DNA of 64,000 bases from an uncultured Alphaproteobacteria bacterium (lineage in GTDB: Bacteria; Pseudomonadota; Alphaproteobacteria; HIMB59; GCA-002718135), in assembly GCA_902577425.1 (NCBI GenBank), contig CACGZD010000001.1, positions 318,414-382,413 of the forward strand, given 5' to 3'. The notes beneath the pieces are model-generated. The model did no database searches and was not told where the DNA came from. It worked only from the letters and a program-made list of their open reading frames with translations. Below are positions 57,820 to 64,000 of the stretch, one piece after another. Made by a program: the position numbers and the translations under genes. Every line of letters starts with the position of its first letter. Position 1 is the first letter of the stretch.

Positions 57820-60720
57820 TTATTCAATTGGCAGTTTATATTTTACCAAGGAAACTCCTTTATTTTCATTTTTAATTTCATCTAAATCAGCTTCTATAGC
57901 TAACCTCAGTATATTTTGTTGATTAGAAAGATGTCGATCAAATACACCTGTAGCAGGAGATGCAGCAGCTCTTCTTCCAATAAAATGTAAGTTTAAATGC
58001 TTAGCATTAATAGTTTGCAAAACATTTTCGATACGATTTTTGATAAAAACCCAAGCTCCCATATTCTTTGGTTCTTCTTGACACCATATCATCTCACAAT
58101 TTTTAAAATTTTTTATTGATTCAGTAAGAGTTTCATATGGAAAAGGATAAAGCTGTTCTATTCTTACAATATGTATTTCTGTCTTTTTTAATTTTTCTAT
58201 ATAATCTTGTAATTCAAAAAATATTTTTCCAGAACATAAAATTATTCTTTTAACATTTTTCTGTGCAGCTGCCTGAATAGGATCACTAAGAACACGGTGA
58301 AAAGTTGAGCCATTAATAAATTCACCTATAGAAGAAGTATTTTTTTTATGTCTCAAGGTAGATTTTGGAGTCATTAAAATTAGAGGTTTTCGGAAATCTC
58401 TTAAAAGTTGTCGACGCAAAATATGAAAATAATTTGCAGGACTAGTGCAATTAGCAACTTGAATATTATCTTCTGCACACATACTTAAAAATCTTTCAAT
58501 TCTAGAACTTGTATGTTCGGGACCTTGTCCTTCATGACCATGTGGTAACAAAATTGTTAAACCTGACATACGAAGCCATTTTCTTTCACCAGTTGTAATA
58601 AATTGATCAATAATTATTTGAGCACCATTAGCAAAATCACCAAATTGTGCTTCCCATAAAACCAAAGTTTTTGGATCAGCTTGAGAATATCCATATTCAA
58701 AACCAAGAACGCCAAATTCAGATAAGAAACTATCTACAATCTCATATAATCCTTGTTCTTTAGTAAAATGACGTAGTGGAACAAAACGATTTTCATTTTC
58801 CTGATCATACAAAACTCCGTGACGTTGACTAAAAGTACCTCGTCCAACATCTTGGCCTGATAAACGTACTCCGTAACCTTCCTTTAAAAGTGTTGCAAAA
58901 GCTAGTGACTCCGCAGTTGCCCAATCAATATTTTTTCCATCAATTATAGATTGTATTCTTTCTTGATAAATTTTTCTAATTTTTTTGTGAGCATTAAAGT
59001 TACTAGGAATATGATGAATTTGCTTGCCAATCTCAATTAAATTTTTTTCATTAACAGAAGTTTTTCCTTTTCGTGCATCAAGAGATGCTGTTTTAAATCC
59101 TTTCCAAGTACCATCTAGCCAATCTGCTTTATTGGGTTTATAAGATTTTGCTGATTCAAATTCTTCATCGAGAAATTTTTTAAAACTAGTTTGTATTTTT
59201 TTTGATTCTTCTTCGCTAATAATATTTTCTTCAATTAGTTTTTTCTCATAAATCTTTAATGTTGTTGGATGATTATCTATTGATTTATACATAAGGGGCT
59301 GAGTAAAAGATGGCTCATCAGCTTCATTATGACCTGAACGTCGATAGCAAAACATATCAACAACAATGTCTTCTTTAAAAAGATTCCTATATTCTGCTGC
59401 TAATCTACAAACATGAACAACAGCTTCAGGATCATCTCCATTAACATGAAATATAGGAGCTTGAACCATTTTAGCAATTTCAGTGCAATAAGGTGCTGAC
59501 CTGCCATAATGTGGAGTAGTAGTAAAACCAATTTGGTTATTAATTACAAAATGAACTGTGCCTCCAGTTCTAAAACCTCTTAACTGCGACATAGCAAATG
59601 TTTCAGCTACAATTCCCTGACCAGCCATCGCTGCATCTCCATGTATTAATATTCCAAAAACTTTGTCATTTGATTTGTCTTTTAGTAAAGTTTGTTTTGC
59701 TCTAACTTTTCCAATAACTACAGGATCAACTGCTTCTAAGTGCGAAGGATTAGGAGTTAGGGACAAATGAATTTTTTTTCCATCAAATTCTCTATCACTT
59801 GAAACTCCTAAATGATACTTTACATCACCAGAACCTAAGACTTCATTAGGGTCATTAAGATTGCCTTGAAATTTTGACAAAATACCTCGATAGGGCATTC
59901 CCAAAACAGTAGCAAGTAATGTTAATCTTCCTCTATGTGCAGTACCAAAAAAAATATTTTCCACGTCAGCTAAACATGATTGTTTAACTATCTGCTCTAT
60001 TCCAGGTATCATGGATTCTCCACCCTCTACACCATATCTTTTTGTGCCTAAGAATTTTTTATCTAAATATTGTTCAAATAATTCAGACTCAGCTAATCGT
60101 TTTAAAATTGCTTTTTTTCCCTCGTTAGTGAAATTTGTTTTATTGTGTACTTCTTCAATACGCTCTTGAATCCACTGCTTTTGCTCAGGAGATTGAATGT
60201 GTAAAAACTCTATCCCAATTGAAGATGAATATGTATCTTTAACAATTTGAATAATATTTTTTAAAGAGGTTTTTTCTAAACCTAAACTTCCATCAATAAA
60301 TATTTCTTTGTCTAAATCTTTATCAGTAAATCCATATGATCTGTAATCTAACTCAGGGTGATAATTTTTTATATGAAGATCTAGTGGATCTAAATTGGCA
60401 ATTAAATGTCCATTAATTCTAAAAGCTCTTATTAATCGTAGTGCTCTTATTGAATCAATTGTAGAATTTTTAAAATTATTTTCATCGATGTTACCTATTG
60501 ATCGTATAACTTTATCAAAAGAAACGTTATCTATTACATTTGATGTTCTTTTTTTCCATTCTGGTCCACCAAAATCAGATAAAATTGCCAAGTCATCTTC
60601 ATGAAATGTTTCAAAAAAATTACTCCAACTTTTATCAATTGAATTTGGATCTTCTTTAAATTTAAAAAACAGTTCTGCCACATAAGGCGCATTTGCACTA
60701 TTAAGAAAGCTGTCGTTCAT
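57820..60720 (-). CDS. sucA: 2-oxoglutarate dehydrogenase E1 component
   Basis: 966 aa, colinear with SucA. The ThDP-binding region is HGDAAMAGQG. Confidence 0.95.
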   Translation of the reverse strand: MNDSFLNSANAPYVAELFFKFKEDPNSIDKSWSNFFETFHEDDLAILSDFGGPEWKKRTSNVIDNVSFDKVIRSIGNIDENNFKNSTIDSIRALRLIRAFRINGHLIANLDPLDLHIKNYHPELDYRSYGFTDKDLDKEIFIDGSLGLEKTSLKNIIQIVKDTYSSSIGIEFLHIQSPEQKQWIQERIEEVHNKTNFTNEGKKAILKRLAESELFEQYLDKKFLGTKRYGVEGGESMIPGIEQIVKQSCLADVENIFFGTAHRGRLTLLATVLGMPYRGILSKFQGNLNDPNEVLGSGDVKYHLGVSSDREFDGKKIHLSLTPNPSHLEAVDPVVIGKVRAKQTLLKDKSNDKVFGILIHGDAAMAGQGIVAETFAMSQLRGFRTGGTVHFVINNQIGFTTTPHYGRSAPYCTEIAKMVQAPIFHVNGDDPEAVVHVCRLAAEYRNLFKEDIVVDMFCYRRSGHNEADEPSFTQPLMYKSIDNHPTTLKIYEKKLIEENIISEEESKKIQTSFKKFLDEEFESAKSYKPNKADWLDGTWKGFKTASLDARKGKTSVNEKNLIEIGKQIHHIPSNFNAHKKIRKIYQERIQSIIDGKNIDWATAESLAFATLLKEGYGVRLSGQDVGRGTFSQRHGVLYDQENENRFVPLRHFTKEQGLYEIVDSFLSEFGVLGFEYGYSQADPKTLVLWEAQFGDFANGAQIIIDQFITTGERKWLRMSGLTILLPHGHEGQGPEHTSSRIERFLSMCAEDNIQVANCTSPANYFHILRRQLLRDFRKPLILMTPKSTLRHKKNTSSIGEFINGSTFHRVLSDPIQAAAQKNVKRIILCSGKIFFELQDYIEKLKKTEIHIVRIEQLYPFPYETLTESIKNFKNCEMIWCQEEPKNMGAWVFIKNRIENVLQTINAKHLNLHFIGRRAAASPATGVFDRHLSNQQNILRLAIEADLDEIKNENKGVSLVKYKLPIE

Positions 60721-60774
60721 TTAAAAAAAATTAGTATACCTATATATATTATGACTATTAATATTATTATTTTT

Positions 60775-61659
60775 TTAAGTATAGCTTTTTTGCATCGCTT
60801 TTAACATGGTTTCACCAAGTTCAGCAGGTGAAGGGGCTATTAAAACATTTGATTCTTCTAGTGCTTTAATTTTAGACTCAGCAGTTCCTTTATTACCTGA
60901 TATAATAGCTCCAGCATGTCCCATGCGTTTTCCTTTTGGGGCAGTAATACCTGCAATAAAAGCTGAAGTAGGCTTCTTAATAGAAGATTTTTTAATAAAT
61001 TCAGCGGCATCTTCTTCTGCAGATCCTCCTATTTCTCCAATCATTAAGATTCCCTCTGTTTCTTCATCATGTAAAAAAAGATCTATACAATCTATAAAGC
61101 TCATCCCATGAATAGGGTCTCCTCCAATACCTACGCAGGTTGTTTGACCAAGGCCTATTTGTGATGTTTGCCAAACTGCTTCATATGTAAGGGTTCCTGA
61201 ACGGCTGACTATTCCAATTTTACCTTTTTTATGAATGAATCCAGGCATAATACCAATTTTACACTCATCTGGAGTAACAAGACCGGGACAGTTAGGGCCA
61301 ATAAAATATATATTTTGTTCAATGATTCTTTTTTTAATTTCGACCATATCTAACACTGGAATACCTTCAGTGATGCATGTAATAATTTTAATATTGGCAT
61401 CTATAGCTTCATGAATAGCCTTAGTTGCAAATTTTGCTGGAACATAAATTACTGTAGCATCAGGTTTAGTTTCATCAACAGCCTCTTGAACGGAATTAAA
61501 GACTGGTAGATTTAAATGAATACTTCCTCCTTTTCCAGGCGTTACCCCTCCAACCATTTGAGTCCCATAATCAATAGCTTGCTTAGAATGATAAGTTCCT
61601 TGAGAACCTGTAAAACCCTGACAAATAACTTTGGTGTCTTTATTTATTATAATTGACAT
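60775..61659 (-). CDS. sucD: succinyl-CoA synthetase alpha subunit
   Basis: 294 aa with SRSGTLTYE and the phosphohistidine loop MGHAGAI. Confidence 0.95.
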   Translation of the reverse strand: MSIIINKDTKVICQGFTGSQGTYHSKQAIDYGTQMVGGVTPGKGGSIHLNLPVFNSVQEAVDETKPDATVIYVPAKFATKAIHEAIDANIKIITCITEGIPVLDMVEIKKRIIEQNIYFIGPNCPGLVTPDECKIGIMPGFIHKKGKIGIVSRSGTLTYEAVWQTSQIGLGQTTCVGIGGDPIHGMSFIDCIDLFLHDEETEGILMIGEIGGSAEEDAAEFIKKSSIKKPTSAFIAGITAPKGKRMGHAGAIISGNKGTAESKIKALEESNVLIAPSPAELGETMLKAMQKSYT

Positions 61660-63818
<2,159 letters not shown>

Positions 63819-64000
63819 TTATTTTTCAGTAACAATAGCCTTCTTTATATCTGCTATTGCTTTTGCTGGATTTAATCCTTTGGGACAAGATCTGGTACAA
63901 TTCATTATTGAATGGCATCGGTATAATTTAAGAGAGTCATTAATTTCTTCTAATCTCTCTTTTCTTTTAGTATCTCGTGTGTCATTTATCCATCTTGATG
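63819..64000 (-). CDS. sdhB: succinate dehydrogenase iron-sulfur subunit, C-terminal 60 codons only (5' end beyond window)
   Basis: The reverse-strand translation ...[59 protein letters not shown] carries the third Fe-S cluster motif CHxIMNCxxxCPKGLNP. Confidence 0.9.
   Translation of the reverse strand, partial: SRWINDTRDTKRKERLEEINDSLKLYRCHSIMNCTRSCPKGLNPAKAIADIKKAIVTEK

Overview
AT-rich (about 30% GC by eye) and very gene-dense window with many 1-4 bp gene overlaps. Gene content and order suggest a streamlined marine alphaproteobacterium of the SAR11/Pelagibacterales type (inference, no database search possible). The supporting blocks are sdhB-mdh-sucCDAB-lpdA, atpHAGDC next to priA, rplU-rpmA-obg-proBA-nadD-rsfS, and metXW behind a SAM-II-type leader. 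I support about 72 CDS, one tRNA-Leu(CAA), one riboswitch candidate, one Zur operator, one strong hairpin terminator and one in-gene tandem repeat. I saw no rRNA, CRISPR array, transposase, integrase or phage genes. Most of the window is core metabolism: TCA cycle, ATP synthase, Met/Lys/Arg/Pro/Tyr biosynthesis and ribosomal proteins. Three parts look accessory. (i) 0.8-4.0 kb holds a tightly packed SDR-FAH-LldD operon plus a small all-Cys Rieske-like protein. (ii) 6.5-12.5 kb holds orphan methyltransferases, a degenerate PanB paralog and a membrane-anchored HExxH protein, with very low GC. (iii) 12.6-18.1 kb is a zinc island: zur-znuBC, then a Zur box, then znuA with a roughly 75-residue His/Asp loop encoded by fresh tandem repeats. 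Downstream of znuA sits a translationally coupled COG0523 GTPase, a cytoplasmic WD40 propeller and an 84-aa CxxxxC protein. That last trio is my best candidate for an undescribed functional module (a cytoplasmic zinc-chaperone complex). This rests on synteny and motifs only. I cannot claim a demonstrably novel system without homology and neighbourhood searches. Other items worth a second look are a chorismate mutase-HisC fusion next to tyrC, an acyl-CoA ligase/FadN/metY/hydrolase cluster that may link organosulfur catabolism to methionine synthesis, and an unusually long (369 bp) spacer between two convergent gene ends that contains a 23-codon hydrophobic micro-ORF.
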